Shown: positions 10,205-21,645 of the stretch, in pieces
Layout: each line of letters begins with the position of its first letter
Numbering within the stretch: the stretch's first letter is position 1
Assembly (NCBI GenBank): GCA_963662405.2
Contig: CAXXKT010000001.1
Location: 2,016,001 to 2,080,000, forward strand
Direction of reading: 5' to 3'
Length of the DNA: 64,000 nucleotides
Source: Syntrophales bacterium
GTDB taxonomy: Bacteria > Desulfobacterota > Syntrophia > Syntrophales > UBA2210
Program-made: the position numbers and the translations under genes
Notes under the pieces: model-generated
The model's database searches: none
The model's input: only the letters and a program-made list of their open reading frames with translations
Told to the model about the DNA's origin: nothing

Positions 10205-11971
10205 TTATGCGGTGATATCTTCATAATACACCGGGAAGACGAGAGAGACCGTGGTTCCTCTCCCCAGTTGGCTCTCGATTTTCATCCTCCCGTCGTGGGC
10301 CGCCACCAGGTGCTTGACGATAGACAGTCCCAGGCCGGTGCCCCCCAGTTCCCGGGAGCGGGTCTTGTCCACCCGGTAGAAGCGTTCCCCCAGGCGGGGG
10401 ATCTCATCGGGCGGGATCCCGATCCCGGTATCGGTAATCGTGACGGAGACCGTGCCGTCTTTCCCGTCGGCACCCCGTATCGATATCGTGCCCTCATCGG
10501 GGGTGAACTTGACGGCGTTATCGAGAATATTCAGGACGATCTGGTGCAGGCGGTCCCGGTCGCCCCGGATCGACGGGAGGTCCTGGGGCATCCTGGTCTC
10601 GATGTGGAGCTCTTTTTTCGATGCCCCCGGTTCGATCACGGGGAGGACGTTCTCGATGATCCCGCCCAGGGAAACGGGTTCAAAGACGAATTGCATTTCT
10701 CCCATCTCGACGTTGGAGATAACCAGGAGATCATCCACCAGCCGGTCGAGGCGCTCGGCATTCTTCTGGATGGTTTCAAGGAATCCCTTCGCCGTTTCCT
10801 TCTCCTCAATGGCCCCCTCCCGGAGGGTCTCGATAAAACCGAGGATGGCTGTCAGGGGGGTCTTGATCTCGTGGGTGACGTTCGCAATGAAGTCGGCGCG
10901 GACCCGTTCCAACTGTTTGAGGCGGGTGACGTCGCGCAGGACGATCATCGTTTTGTCCTCTCCTTCCGGGAGCCCCTGAACCGGCGAGATGGTGGCATGC
11001 AGCACCGTGGGTTTTTGTTTTCCCAGGACGAGCTCTTGGAAAAGGGGAGTACCGGTCTTTTTGAATTGGTCGAGTGCCTGTTGCAGGGGGATGTTCCTGA
11101 ATGTTTCAATGGGTATCTTCCCCACCATCTCTTCGAAGCTGAGGCCGAAGATCCTCTCGGCGGTGTCGTTTGTCGTCTCTATGCTGCCCTGGGTGTCGAG
11201 GACCAGGATACCATCTTCCATGCTGGAGAAGACCGCCTCCAGTTTCCCCCGTTCTTCATCGGCGAACCGGATCTTTTCCTTCAGCTCCGTAACCAGATAG
11301 TTGATGTTCCGGGCCAGACGTCCCGTCTCGTCGCCCGTGGCGATCATCAGGCTCCCCGTCTCTTCTCCGTCGCGCAGGCGTTTTGTGAACCGTTCCATCT
11401 CCTGGATGGGGGAGATCAGTCTTGATGTCATAACGAAGGCGATGAAGAATGACAGGGCGCCGACAATGAGGAACGATTGCAGGACCAGCATATTGATGTC
11501 TCGGATGGACTGCCTGACCTCCACGAGCGGGCGCGCGAGCCTGACGTATCCCCGTATCTCGGGACTCTCTCCCATGGGAAAAGCGAGATACAGGGTGTCC
11601 ACGCCGAGAGTCGTGCTGAACCGCACCGATTTCCCCCTTCCCTTCACACGGGCCTCCTGGATCTCCGGACGGTTCAGGTGGTTGTCCATCGCCGAGGCCT
11701 GTTCGCTCGAATCCGTGAGGACCACTCCTCCGGGATCGATCAGGGTGATCCGTGCGTTGGAAAGGGCGGACAGTTTCTGTATGGTGCGATCGATTTCGGC
11801 ATTCGAAAAGCCGAGGGAGATCATCCGGGCATGGGCGTTCAGTTCTCCCTCTATCCGTTCCATGATCGTTCCCTTGATCTGTCCGGTTGCGTACACCCAC
11901 ACCGCAACCATCACGACCAGAGTGATGACGAGATAGGTGCCGAGAATCTTGTAAAATAGGTTATTTTTCAT
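10205..11971 (-). CDS. phoR: Phosphate regulon sensor histidine kinase (HAMP, PAS, HisKA, HATPase)
   Basis: MDNHLNRPEI periplasmic motif; FIANVTHEIKTPL H-box; RFYRVDKTRSRELGGTGLGL. Confidence 0.92.
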   Translation of the reverse strand: MKNNLFYKILGTYLVITLVVMVAVWVYATGQIKGTIMERIEGELNAHARMISLGFSNAEIDRTIQKLSALSNARITLIDPGGVVLTDSSEQASAMDNHLNRPEIQEARVKGRGKSVRFSTTLGVDTLYLAFPMGESPEIRGYVRLARPLVEVRQSIRDINMLVLQSFLIVGALSFFIAFVMTSRLISPIQEMERFTKRLRDGEETGSLMIATGDETGRLARNINYLVTELKEKIRFADEERGKLEAVFSSMEDGILVLDTQGSIETTNDTAERIFGLSFEEMVGKIPIETFRNIPLQQALDQFKKTGTPLFQELVLGKQKPTVLHATISPVQGLPEGEDKTMIVLRDVTRLKQLERVRADFIANVTHEIKTPLTAILGFIETLREGAIEEKETAKGFLETIQKNAERLDRLVDDLLVISNVEMGEMQFVFEPVSLGGIIENVLPVIEPGASKKELHIETRMPQDLPSIRGDRDRLHQIVLNILDNAVKFTPDEGTISIRGADGKDGTVSVTITDTGIGIPPDEIPRLGERFYRVDKTRSRELGGTGLGLSIVKHLVAAHDGRMKIESQLGRGTTVSLVFPVYYEDITA

Positions 11972-11986
11972 GGATTCACCCGCCGA

Positions 11987-12673
11987 TCAGAGCTCTTTCC
12001 CGGGGCCGCGGTGCCGCACGCTTTCCCCCGTTACCATGTAGATCACCATCTTGGCGATACTCTCCGCGTGGTCTGATATTCTCTCCAGATTTTTCGATAT
12101 CTGCGTTATCAGGAGGGCCCGGTGGATGGTCTTGGGGTCCTCCAGCATGAAGGTGAGGAGCTCCCTGAATATCTGCTCGTTGAGGTTGTCCACAACCTCG
12201 TCTTTCTCCCTCACTGCGCGGGCCATATCGCAATCCTCATAGACCAGGGCGTCGAGGCTCTCTCTGACCATCTCCCGGGTGATGTCGGCCATCCGGGGGA
12301 GGTCGATATAGGGCTTGACGGGGGGGACTTCGTTGAGGTCCGCCGCCCGTTTGGCGATGTTAACCGCGAGATCTCCGATCCGTTCCAGGTGTCCGTTGAC
12401 CTTGATCGTGGTGGTGATGAAACGCAGGTCCTTCGCCGCGGGTTGCCTGAGCGCGAGGAGGCGTATGCAGGCACCTTCGATCTTCTCGTCGAGCGTGTTG
12501 ATCTGGTCATCCCCGGCGATAACGGATCGCGCCAGGGCGGAATCCCGCTCCAGGAGAGAGCGGACGGCGAGATGTATGGCCTGCTCGACGAGTGCCCCTT
12601 CGTAGAGGAGGTTTTTTTTGATCTCCTGCAGTTCCTTCTCGTAGTGCATGCTGGTATGCGTCTTCTCTTCCAT
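11987..12673 (-). CDS. phoU: Phosphate signalling protein PhoU
   Basis: QPAAKDLR, LERIGDLA, LERISDHA repeats. Confidence 0.95.
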   Translation of the reverse strand: MEEKTHTSMHYEKELQEIKKNLLYEGALVEQAIHLAVRSLLERDSALARSVIAGDDQINTLDEKIEGACIRLLALRQPAAKDLRFITTTIKVNGHLERIGDLAVNIAKRAADLNEVPPVKPYIDLPRMADITREMVRESLDALVYEDCDMARAVREKDEVVDNLNEQIFRELLTFMLEDPKTIHRALLITQISKNLERISDHAESIAKMVIYMVTGESVRHRGPGKEL

Positions 12674-12695
12674 GTATTTACCCCCGTCTCGTTCC

Positions 12696-13457
<762 letters not shown>

Positions 13458-13458
13458 G

Positions 13459-14313
13459 CTACCACCCTTTATTCTTTCTCACATAACTCCGTATGACAAT
13501 CGCGATCAGGTCGATGCCGAGAACGAGTGCCACCAGGACGAGGACGGTCCCGTACTGGAGGGGCCTCGTCTCTTCGATATGGGTTCCCGCCGTCGCCAGG
13601 ACGTACACGTGGTAGGGAAGGGCCATTACCTCGTCGAAGATCGACGTGGGCAGTTTGGCTGTGAAGAATGCTGCCGCGGTGAACATAATCGGGGCTGTTT
13701 CTCCCGCCGCCCTCCCGATCCCCAAGATTGACCCCGTCAGGATACCCGGCAGGGCGTTGGGAAGGACGATGCGCAGTATCGTCTGCCACTTGGAGACGCC
13801 GAGCCCGAGAGAGGCCTCCCGAAAAGTCTGCGGCACCGCCTTCAGAGCCTCTTCCGCCGCCCCGATAATCGTAGGGAGGATCAGAAAGGCGAGCGTCAGT
13901 GAGCCCGAAAGGATGGAGGATCCGAACTTCAGAAAAACCACAAAAAGTCCCAGGCCGAAGAGGCCGAAGACGATCGATGGCACACCGGCCAGGCAGTTGA
14001 CGCCGACCCGTATGATTCTGATTACCGGTCCCCCCTTTGCGTATTCGCTGAGATAGATAGCCGAGGCGACGCCGAGAGGGAGGGCAATGATGATGGCCCC
14101 CGCGGTGAGATAGAGGGTTCCCAGAATCGCCGGCATGATTCCTCCTTTTGTCATCGAATCCCGGGGAGGCTGGGTCAGGAACTCCCAGTTAATCGCTCCG
14201 ATCCCATTGACGAGAATATATACAAGAAACCCGCCGATCGCCACCGCGATGATCAGTGCCGAGAGGCGAACGGTCATGAAGAAAAGCTGTTGTTTCAGAT
14301 AACGCCACTTCAT
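13459..14313 (-). CDS. pstA: Phosphate ABC transporter permease
   Basis: [21 protein letters not shown] motifs. Confidence 0.95.
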   Translation of the reverse strand: MKWRYLKQQLFFMTVRLSALIIAVAIGGFLVYILVNGIGAINWEFLTQPPRDSMTKGGIMPAILGTLYLTAGAIIIALPLGVASAIYLSEYAKGGPVIRIIRVGVNCLAGVPSIVFGLFGLGLFVVFLKFGSSILSGSLTLAFLILPTIIGAAEEALKAVPQTFREASLGLGVSKWQTILRIVLPNALPGILTGSILGIGRAAGETAPIMFTAAAFFTAKLPTSIFDEVMALPYHVYVLATAGTHIEETRPLQYGTVLVLVALVLGIDLIAIVIRSYVRKNKGW

Positions 14314-15197
14314 AATGTCGCGGAGCCGACCTCCTTGAATCGGTGTGATACGTAATCGGCGATCAGGTTGAATCCCAGGGTGAGGAAAAAGAGAACGACC
14401 CCCGTCGCGAAGAGCGCGTGGTAATGATCGCTTCTGAAGGGGGCCTCCCCCATCTCCGCCGCGATGCTGGCCGGCATCGGCCTGACCGAGTCAAAGATGC
14501 TTTCGGGAATGGCCGCCGCTCCCCCGGCGACCATGAGGACGACCATCGTTTCACCGATGGCACGGGCCATCCCCAGGATCACCGCCGTCGAAATTCCCGA
14601 CAGGGCGGCGGGGACGATCACCCGCGCGATGGTTTCGAACCGCGTCGCCCCCAGCGCGTACGATGCCTCCTTGAACTCCTGCGGGACCGAGTAGAGGGCG
14701 TCCTCCGATATGCTCGATATAGTGGGGACGGCCATGAGGGCCAGGACGAGAGAGGCATTGACGATATTCAGTCCGGTGGGGAGATCGAAGGTTTCCTGCA
14801 TCCAGGGGGCCAGGACCGCCATCCCGAAGAACCCGAGAACGACGGAGGGAAGACCGGCGAGGAGCTCGACAACCGGTTTGAAGATTTCCTTGATCAGGGG
14901 AGGAGCAATTTCAGCGATATAGATCGCCGATAGGACGCCGATCGGGACGGCCAGGAGTGAGGATAGTATTGTAACGATGAAGGAACCGACAATGAGCGGC
15001 CAGATCCCGAATTCGGGGGGATCGTATGTTGGATACCACTCCATCCCAAAGAGGAATTCTCTGACGGAGACCACGGTGAATATCGGGACCCCTTCGACGA
15101 AGAGAAAGAGGATGATAAGCCCGAGGATCACCACCGATACGAGGGCGATGAGAAGAAAGGTGTTTTTTATGATGATCTCTTTTGCTTTTCTTGACAT
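14310..15197 (-). CDS. pstC: Phosphate ABC transporter permease
   Basis: ELLAGLPSVVLG, ARAIGETMVV motifs; start uncertain (15197 chosen). Confidence 0.94.
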   Translation of the reverse strand: MSRKAKEIIIKNTFLLIALVSVVILGLIILFLFVEGVPIFTVVSVREFLFGMEWYPTYDPPEFGIWPLIVGSFIVTILSSLLAVPIGVLSAIYIAEIAPPLIKEIFKPVVELLAGLPSVVLGFFGMAVLAPWMQETFDLPTGLNIVNASLVLALMAVPTISSISEDALYSVPQEFKEASYALGATRFETIARVIVPAALSGISTAVILGMARAIGETMVVLMVAGGAAAIPESIFDSVRPMPASIAAEMGEAPFRSDHYHALFATGVVLFFLTLGFNLIADYVSHRFKEVGSATL

Positions 15198-15281
15198 GCG
15201 ATATCCCCGGCAGAGTGACATTGGAGGGGGGATCTCCATATCGATCGGCCCCCTCTCGGTGAATCTTCGTGTACGGTCCTG

Positions 15282-16115
15282 TTAGAAGAGGGGAACAAAC
15301 CCTTCCTTCTTGACAAGTTCCTGCCCGTCTTTGCTCACGACGAAGGTGATAAAGTCGGCAACGACTCCCGTCGGCCAGCCGTTGGTGAACATGAAGAGGG
15401 GACGGGCGACGGGATATGCACCCGAGAGTGCGGTTGCCGAGGTTGCCTCGATATCGTTTACCTTGGTTGCCCGAACGCTCTTGTCCAGGTAACCGAGTCC
15501 GATGTACCCGACCGCGTACCGGTTCTTCGAAACAGTCTGGACGACCGCGCCGTTCGATGCCTGAAGCTGTGCCCGCGGTGTCACTTTCGCCTTGTGGAGG
15601 ATTTTTTCCTCCCACACCTCGTAGGTACCTGAACTGGTGTCACGCGATACCACGACGATCTTCAGGTCGTTTCCCCCCACTTCTTTCCAGTTGGTGATCT
15701 TTCCCTGGTAGATCAGGCTCAACTGTTCGATCGACAGATCGGTGACCGGGTTATTGGGGTGGACGATCGGGACGATCGCGTCGATGGCGACGCGGTGCGG
15801 AACTGGGTATCTCTCTTTTTCTTGTGCGAGTTTGACTTCTTTGTCCTTGATGAACCGTGATGCGTTGGCGATGTCGGTTGAGCCGTCGATCAGGGCCTTG
15901 ATCCCGTTTCCTGAACCACCCCCCGAGAGAGAGATGTTAACACCGGGATGAGCCTTCATGTATGCCTCGGATGCGACCTGGGCGACGGGGAGTACCGTTG
16001 TGGAACCCTTGATAACGATGGAATCACCGGCAAGGGCGGTTGATCCGCCGACAAAACCGAAAACCACAATAACCGTCAGCAAGATCTTTAACAGATTCTT
16101 TGTTACTTTGTTCAT
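15282..16115 (-). CDS. pstS: Phosphate-binding protein
   Basis: GSTTVLP, GGGSGNG, SRDTSSGT, YPVARPLF; signal peptide; GGAGG RBS. Confidence 0.95.
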   Translation of the reverse strand: MNKVTKNLLKILLTVIVVFGFVGGSTALAGDSIVIKGSTTVLPVAQVASEAYMKAHPGVNISLSGGGSGNGIKALIDGSTDIANASRFIKDKEVKLAQEKERYPVPHRVAIDAIVPIVHPNNPVTDLSIEQLSLIYQGKITNWKEVGGNDLKIVVVSRDTSSGTYEVWEEKILHKAKVTPRAQLQASNGAVVQTVSKNRYAVGYIGLGYLDKSVRATKVNDIEATSATALSGAYPVARPLFMFTNGWPTGVVADFITFVVSKDGQELVKKEGFVPLF

Positions 16116-16165
16116 GGTTGTTTACCTCCATTTTTCAGTCTTGGGAAGTAAAATAACTCAAACCT

Positions 16166-16216
16166 GTTACGGCAATATGACGGTTATGTTACAGTTTAAT
16201 GACATAATTTATGACA
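16166..16216 (-). promoter_or_regulatory. Tandem Pho box (five half-sites)
   Basis: The minus strand reads TGTCAT-TGTCAT-TGTAAC-CGTCAT-CGTAAC at 12, 11, 11, 11 bp spacing, ~50 bp upstream of pstS; matches the 11-bp PhoB direct-repeat architecture. Confidence 0.85.
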
Positions 16217-16477
16217 CGCTACTTGCGATGAGACGGGATCTGTGACACCGGCCTTGCACGTAACAGGCTCATGTTTCCATGATTTATTTTTGAATCGTAT
16301 TGTCCGTCATCTCTTTCTATTTTTCAAGCGGCAAGAGAGGTCTTTTGTGACAGGAATCTCTAATGCCGAATATATATAAGGGAGATGACAGGAATGTTAT
16401 GGATGTATGAAAGTTCGATTACATCTGGAGTGTGGATTTGACAGGATTGAAGGGAAAGGTTGGAATTATTGAATTTG

Positions 16478-17245
16478 CTATTTTAAATCTCTGTGAATCT
16501 CTTTCTCATCCATTATCTTCCCCACATTGTGTTCCTTAAAATGGGTGACCTCAACGGCATCTTCGCTCTGCAATAAAGTCTTTGCATTCTGAACCGCTTT
16601 GCCTAAATCCTCCTCGGGATTTGTTGATATGTTGCCGTGGCCGGGGTATATCTCGACTATCTTTCTCGTGCTCAGCGACAACATGGAATTGATATAGTCC
16701 CCCACGCTCCCTGATTCCGCTATGTATGAAAGGGTCCCACCGGCAAAGACGGTGTCGCCCGTAAAGAGGATTCTTTTCTTAGGTTCATAGAGACATATGG
16801 ATCCCGAGGTGTGGCCGGGGGTATGTATAACGTTGAGGCTGCAATTTCCCAGGTCGAAACGGCTCTTGCTCTCCAGCCAAAGGTGGACCTTCATAGGGAT
16901 CTCGTTCAGATCTGAGGATTGATAGAGGGTAACGTACTTATCGTCGAAAATCATCTTTGTTGCCGCAAAGCGGTGGGCGGCTATGAGCGCGTAGTCCTGA
17001 AAATAGCGATTGGCCCCGATGTGGTCGAAGTGTTCATGTGTATTGATGACGATATCAATATCACGGATCTTTAGCCCAATCCTTAAGAGAGATTTTTGTA
17101 GGTCGGGAAAGTTGGAATCGATACCGGAATCGATGAGGAGGTTTGCGTCGTCCCCCTTGATAATGTAACTGTGGCTGCTCGTTCCCTGTCCTTTGATCCT
17201 GAAGATATCAGGCTGCAGTTCCCGTATCCTGTCGTTTTTCTCCAT
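16478..17245 (-). CDS. MBL-fold metallo-hydrolase
   Basis: THEHFDHIG, HTPGHTSG, LFTGD, YPGHG motifs. Confidence 0.9.
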   Translation of the reverse strand: MEKNDRIRELQPDIFRIKGQGTSSHSYIIKGDDANLLIDSGIDSNFPDLQKSLLRIGLKIRDIDIVINTHEHFDHIGANRYFQDYALIAAHRFAATKMIFDDKYVTLYQSSDLNEIPMKVHLWLESKSRFDLGNCSLNVIHTPGHTSGSICLYEPKKRILFTGDTVFAGGTLSYIAESGSVGDYINSMLSLSTRKIVEIYPGHGNISTNPEEDLGKAVQNAKTLLQSEDAVEVTHFKEHNVGKIMDEKEIHRDLK

Positions 17246-17600
17246 CTCGTTTCCTCTTCCAGGGGCTGTTTTCGGCACTGTCCAGATCTTCATAGGTATC
17301 AATGATCCGGTCCAGCCTGTTTCTGTTCAGATAGCTCTTTATGCCGGGTTGTAATGAACAGATCTTCAAGGACCCGTTCAACAGATCCACCTCTTTTTTA
17401 AATGCGATAATCACGGCGAGTTGCGTAGCCATGTTACTGCTCTCATCCAGATTTTCTAAATCGAGGATCACTTTGGGTTGTCTTCCGTGGAATTCGGCAT
17501 TCACAATGCTTTTTATAAGAAAGGGGAGATTCTTTGTGATCGAACCGGAAAACTTGGCAATAGCGAAGTCTCCTTTTTCGATAATAAGACATTTCATCAT
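17208..17600 (-). CDS. STAS-domain (anti-sigma antagonist-like) protein
   Basis: KVILDLENL...GSLKICSLQPGIKSYL...LDRIIDTYEDLDSA STAS pattern. Confidence 0.7.
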   Translation of the reverse strand: MMKCLIIEKGDFAIAKFSGSITKNLPFLIKSIVNAEFHGRQPKVILDLENLDESSNMATQLAVIIAFKKEVDLLNGSLKICSLQPGIKSYLNRNRLDRIIDTYEDLDSAENSPWKRKRDGEKRQDTGTAA

Positions 17601-17908
17601 ATTGCACCTTCTCATCTGGATATTCATATAATGACCCGCATTGATTAGTCATTTCCATTTTTTGCTGTGCCGGTCTCAGGTACGAGGGTTTTTGTTTCTT
17701 CGATCGGGATGATAACAACGGATTATTGCATCTTTGTGAAGGATTCATGAATGGTTGGTGACATGTTTCTGGGTTGTATCTTTAGGATTGGAATTTGTTG
17801 TTTTAACCGCTTCACACTCGCCTGAGGCGTCACCATCATGGACCTGATCCCGGGTGATTTGGGAGAGTTCAGTCTGTTGGAGAGGTTGTCGGATAGGAGG
17901 AGAGGTCG

Positions 17909-17943
17909 ATTCCCCCCCCCGTCTTTGAGACAGGGGGGGGAAT
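17909..17943. terminator. GC-rich hairpin downstream of dapL
   Basis: ATTCCCCCCCCCGTCT-TTG-AGACAGGGGGGGGAAT. Confidence 0.55.
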
Positions 17944-17975
17944 AACGGGTGGTGCTGTTTGTTATGGAATGAGTC

Positions 17976-19196
17976 TTATAATGCCTCTGCGATCCGATCC
18001 ATGGCGACCTCGACCTGTTCATACTGGTTGAAGGCGCTCAGGCGGATATACCCCTGACCGCACGCGCCGAACCCGCTCCCCGGGGTACAGACGACGGCAG
18101 CCTTGTTGAGGAGGAGGTCGAAAAAGGCCCAGGAATCCGCCCGCGTGTTGACCCAGATGTACGGGGAATCCTCTCCCCCGGCGCAGGTAAACCCGAGCTT
18201 TCGCATCCGTTCGAGGATCAGGGAGGCGTTTTTCAGGTAGTAGTTGGTCAGTTGACGGACCTGCTCCTTTCCCTCGTCCGAATAGACCGCCTCGGCGGCG
18301 CGCTGGATGGGGTAGGAAACGCCGTTGAATTTCGTCGTGTGGCGGCGGTTCCACAGGGAGTGAAGATCGTGGGCGCTCCCTTTGGCATCGTAGCCGGCAC
18401 ATGTCTTCGGGACAACGGTGTACGCGCACCGGGTCCCGGTGAAGCCCGCGGTCTTCGAGAATGATCGAAATTCGATCGCCACATCGCGGGCCCCGTCGAT
18501 CTCATAGATGCTCCGGGGGAGGGAATCGTCACGGATGAAGGCGACGTAGGCTGCGTCGTACAGGATCAAGGCTCTGCTCTCGCGCGCGTAGGCGACCCAC
18601 TCCGAGAGTTGTTCTCTCGTGACCGTGGCCCCCGTGGGGTTGTTGGGGAAACAGAGGTATATCAGATCAACCCGCTCGTTCGGAATCGCCGGGACAAAGC
18701 CGTTCTCCTCCGTGGCCTCGAGGTAGACGAGCCCCTCGTATCGTCCGTTGTTCCACCCGCCGGTCCTCCCGGACATGACGTTGGTGTCGACATAGACAGG
18801 ATAGACCGGATCGGGGACGGCGATCGTCATGTCGGCGGAAAAGATGTCCAGAATATTACCGGTATCGCACTTCGCCCCGTCGCTGACGAAGACCTCGTCG
18901 GGATGAATGTCGGCCCCCACCGCCTGAAAATCGTTCTGTGCGATGGCCTCGCGGAGGAACCCGTATCCCTGTTCCGGGCCGTAGCCGCGGAAGGTGCTGT
19001 CGAAGGACAGTTCCTCGACGGCCTCATGGAGGGCGGCGATACATGCCCCGGGGAGGGCACGCGTCACGTCACCGATCCCGAGCCTGATGATTTCTTTATC
19101 GGGGTTTGATGCGGCAAATGTCTGGATCCGCTTCGCGATGTCGGAGAAGAGGTATGATGACTGGAGTTTCAGGTAATTCTCGTTGATCTGTATCAT
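17976..19196 (-). CDS. dapL: LL-diaminopimelate aminotransferase
   Basis: [50 protein letters not shown]. Confidence 0.95.
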   Translation of the reverse strand: MIQINENYLKLQSSYLFSDIAKRIQTFAASNPDKEIIRLGIGDVTRALPGACIAALHEAVEELSFDSTFRGYGPEQGYGFLREAIAQNDFQAVGADIHPDEVFVSDGAKCDTGNILDIFSADMTIAVPDPVYPVYVDTNVMSGRTGGWNNGRYEGLVYLEATEENGFVPAIPNERVDLIYLCFPNNPTGATVTREQLSEWVAYARESRALILYDAAYVAFIRDDSLPRSIYEIDGARDVAIEFRSFSKTAGFTGTRCAYTVVPKTCAGYDAKGSAHDLHSLWNRRHTTKFNGVSYPIQRAAEAVYSDEGKEQVRQLTNYYLKNASLILERMRKLGFTCAGGEDSPYIWVNTRADSWAFFDLLLNKAAVVCTPGSGFGACGQGYIRLSAFNQYEQVEVAMDRIAEAL

Positions 19197-19350
19197 GGTG
19201 CTCCCTGCTTTTTTAGATATCCTACCTTATATTCTAAAATATACAGGAAGGGATGTATGTGTCAATGCCAAAACGGAGATGCTTGTAAAAACAGCCATTT
19301 CGACAAAAAGACACACCTGTGAAAAAAAGGAGTCTTATCCGAAATAACAG

Positions 19351-19408
19351 TTGACAAAGGGTGTCAGACTTGGTAAAGGAATTTGGTAAGTAAGTGATCA
19401 CTCACTTA
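19351..19408 (+). promoter_or_regulatory. Promoter and palindromic TetR operator
   Basis: TTGACA(19351)-17 bp-TAAAGG; TAAGTAAGTGA|TCACTCACTTA (19387-19408) is a 22-bp palindrome with one mismatched pair, just upstream of tetR. Confidence 0.65.
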
Positions 19409-19420
19409 AGAGAAGGTGTT

Positions 19421-20026
19421 ATGGCGGTACCGAATAACAAGCGCCTCTGCGCGGAAGAACGAAAAAAAGACGTTCTCAGAAGCGCCATCAATGCCTTTGG
19501 GAAATCAAATTACCGCGCGACGCGGATGGCGGATATCGCAGCCGAGGCCGGTGTCTCCGAAGCCATGCTCTATAAACACTTTGCCTCGAAGAAGGTCCTG
19601 TTCCTCAGTATCCTCGAGAACGTCTCCTATCGAACCGCGACCACGATCGGAAAAGGGTTCGAAGAAGAACCCGATGCCCTCAAGCTGCTGCGCCGGCTCC
19701 TCATCACCTACTATAACCAGATTCAGGAACACCCCAATCTCCTCAAGCTGCACTTCCAGGCCGTCTCCGAGATAGACGACGAGGAGATCGGGGGGAGGAT
19801 CAAGAATGATCATGAGGTGTATGTCAACAATATCAAAGAGCTTATAAAGAAAGGGCTTGAGCAGGGAACGGTTCGGAAGGATATCGAGATCGATCCGATC
19901 TCGTGGCTTTTCAACGGGATCGGTGTATTGATCAGTATGATGGTTCTACTCGGTCGTGAAGGCGAAATAAAGAGGGGTATCGCTGATAAGATGATCGACC
20001 ATCTGATAGAGAGCATCAGGGCGTAA
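19421..20026 (+). CDS. TetR/AcrR family transcriptional regulator
   Basis: TRMADIAAEAGVSEAMLYKHFASK helix-turn-helix. Confidence 0.92.
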   Translation: MAVPNNKRLCAEERKKDVLRSAINAFGKSNYRATRMADIAAEAGVSEAMLYKHFASKKVLFLSILENVSYRTATTIGKGFEEEPDALKLLRRLLITYYNQIQEHPNLLKLHFQAVSEIDDEEIGGRIKNDHEVYVNNIKELIKKGLEQGTVRKDIEIDPISWLFNGIGVLISMMVLLGREGEIKRGIADKMIDHLIESIRA

Positions 20027-20098
20027 GCTCTGTCGGTTTTTCATTCAGGTGACCATCTTAAAAAACCCTGAGAAGGGGTAAAGCAAAAGGAGGCAGGT

Positions 20099-21571
20099 AT
20101 GTTAAGGACGAAAGAGCAGTATATAGAAGCGCTGGGCAAGATGAAACGGAACATCTACTTCAACGGAGAGAAGATCTCTCGTACCGATGAACGGCAGATG
20201 GACTGTATCAACACCATCGGGACCACCTATGACGAGGCCCAGAGTTCCGATCCCAAGGTGCAGGAGTTGATGCTGGCCAAATCTCACCTGACGGGTGAGA
20301 CAATCAACCGGTTCACCCACATTCACCAGAACACGGATGATCTCCACAAGAAACAGGATATGACCCGGCATCTCTGCCGGATCGTCGGCGGCTGTATCCA
20401 GCGGTGTATGGGGATCGATGCCACGAACGCCATCTACAACGTGAGCTACGAAGCGGACAAAATAAAACCCGGCGAAACGGAGTATCATGAGAACTTCAAG
20501 AAATGGCTGATACGATTTCAGCAGGAAGACCTGATCGGGTGCTGCGCCCAGACGGATGTCAAGGGTGACCGGATGAAACGACCCCACGAGCAGGTCGATC
20601 CCGACCTGTATGTACGAATCAAGGAGAGACGGAGCGACGGCATCATCGTATCGGGATGCAAGCTGCACATCTCCGAGGCCTCGGTGGCGGACGAGGTGTT
20701 GGTCGTTCCGACCCGTGCCCTGGGTCCGAAGGACAAGGACTACGCCGTAGCCTTCGCTCTTCCCGGTGACTGGGACGGGATGAAGCAGGTGACAACGATC
20801 CACAACCTGCGTCCCCGGAAGCATTTCCCCCGCGGTTTCATGCCCGGCGCGACGGATTCCTACGTGGTTTTCGACGATTGTTTTGTCCCCTGGGATCGAG
20901 TTTTCCTGTGTGGCGAATACCAGCACGGCGGTGCACTTGCTCTTCTCTTTGCCCTCTTCCATCGCCACAGCTACTCGGGATGTAAACCGGCGATCGGTGA
21001 TGTGATCTTGGGTACGGCGGCCCTGGCGGCTGAGTACAACGGGATCGAAAAGGCCGGTCACGTCCGGGAAAAATACGCGGAGATCATCCTGACCACGGAA
21101 CTGGGATACGCGGCGGGGTACACCGCTTCCGATCTGGGCAAACCGGAGGTTTACATGCCCGGTGTGGGTTTTGTCCCTTACGGTCCGGGGAGCTACATCC
21201 CGAATTCGATCTACGCCAACGTCGGCCGCTGTCTGACCGGTGAGGCCGTCTACCGTGAGCAGGAAATCCTGTGCGACATCTCGGGCGGCATCGCAGCAAC
21301 CTTCCCCCACGAGGAGGACTGGGTCAACCCCGAGACGAAGGATCTGATGGAGAAATACGTCATGCGTAATCCCAATTGTTCGGCGAAGGGCGCCGCGCAG
21401 TTCTGGCGGTTTCTCGGCGACACCCTCTGCTCGGCCACGGGCGGTATCACCAACGTGGGAAACTACCACGGCGGCGGATCACCCGTTATGGAGCAGGTTG
21501 CCATCACGACGCAGTACGATATCGAGGATCGAAAGAAACTCGTGAAGTACCTTGCGGGTATTGAAGACTAA
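20099..21571 (+). CDS. abfD: 4-hydroxybutyryl-CoA dehydratase-like protein (HpaB/AbfD family, [4Fe-4S]/FAD)
   Basis: CIQRCMG and HRHSYSGCK carry the 3 Cys + His cluster ligands; TDVKGDR and HGGGSP motifs. Confidence 0.75.
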   Translation: MLRTKEQYIEALGKMKRNIYFNGEKISRTDERQMDCINTIGTTYDEAQSSDPKVQELMLAKSHLTGETINRFTHIHQNTDDLHKKQDMTRHLCRIVGGCIQRCMGIDATNAIYNVSYEADKIKPGETEYHENFKKWLIRFQQEDLIGCCAQTDVKGDRMKRPHEQVDPDLYVRIKERRSDGIIVSGCKLHISEASVADEVLVVPTRALGPKDKDYAVAFALPGDWDGMKQVTTIHNLRPRKHFPRGFMPGATDSYVVFDDCFVPWDRVFLCGEYQHGGALALLFALFHRHSYSGCKPAIGDVILGTAALAAEYNGIEKAGHVREKYAEIILTTELGYAAGYTASDLGKPEVYMPGVGFVPYGPGSYIPNSIYANVGRCLTGEAVYREQEILCDISGGIAATFPHEEDWVNPETKDLMEKYVMRNPNCSAKGAAQFWRFLGDTLCSATGGITNVGNYHGGGSPVMEQVAITTQYDIEDRKKLVKYLAGIED

Positions 21572-21581
21572 CAGGGACACG

Positions 21582-21612
21582 TTGCCCCGCGCCGCCCGGC
21601 GGCGCGGGGCAA
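21582..21612. repeat. Perfect GC-rich inverted repeat with 15-bp arms
   Basis: TTGCCCCGCGCCGCC-C-GGCGGCGCGGGGCAA, 10 bp after the abfD-like stop. Confidence 0.8.
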
Positions 21613-21645
21613 TAGCCCAGTAATAGAGAAAAGCGTTTTTCATGG

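Noticed and set aside
20099..21571. 4-hydroxyphenylacetate 3-monooxygenase (HpaB)
   Set aside because: The [4Fe-4S] ligand motifs and anaerobic gene context favour the AbfD branch of the family.
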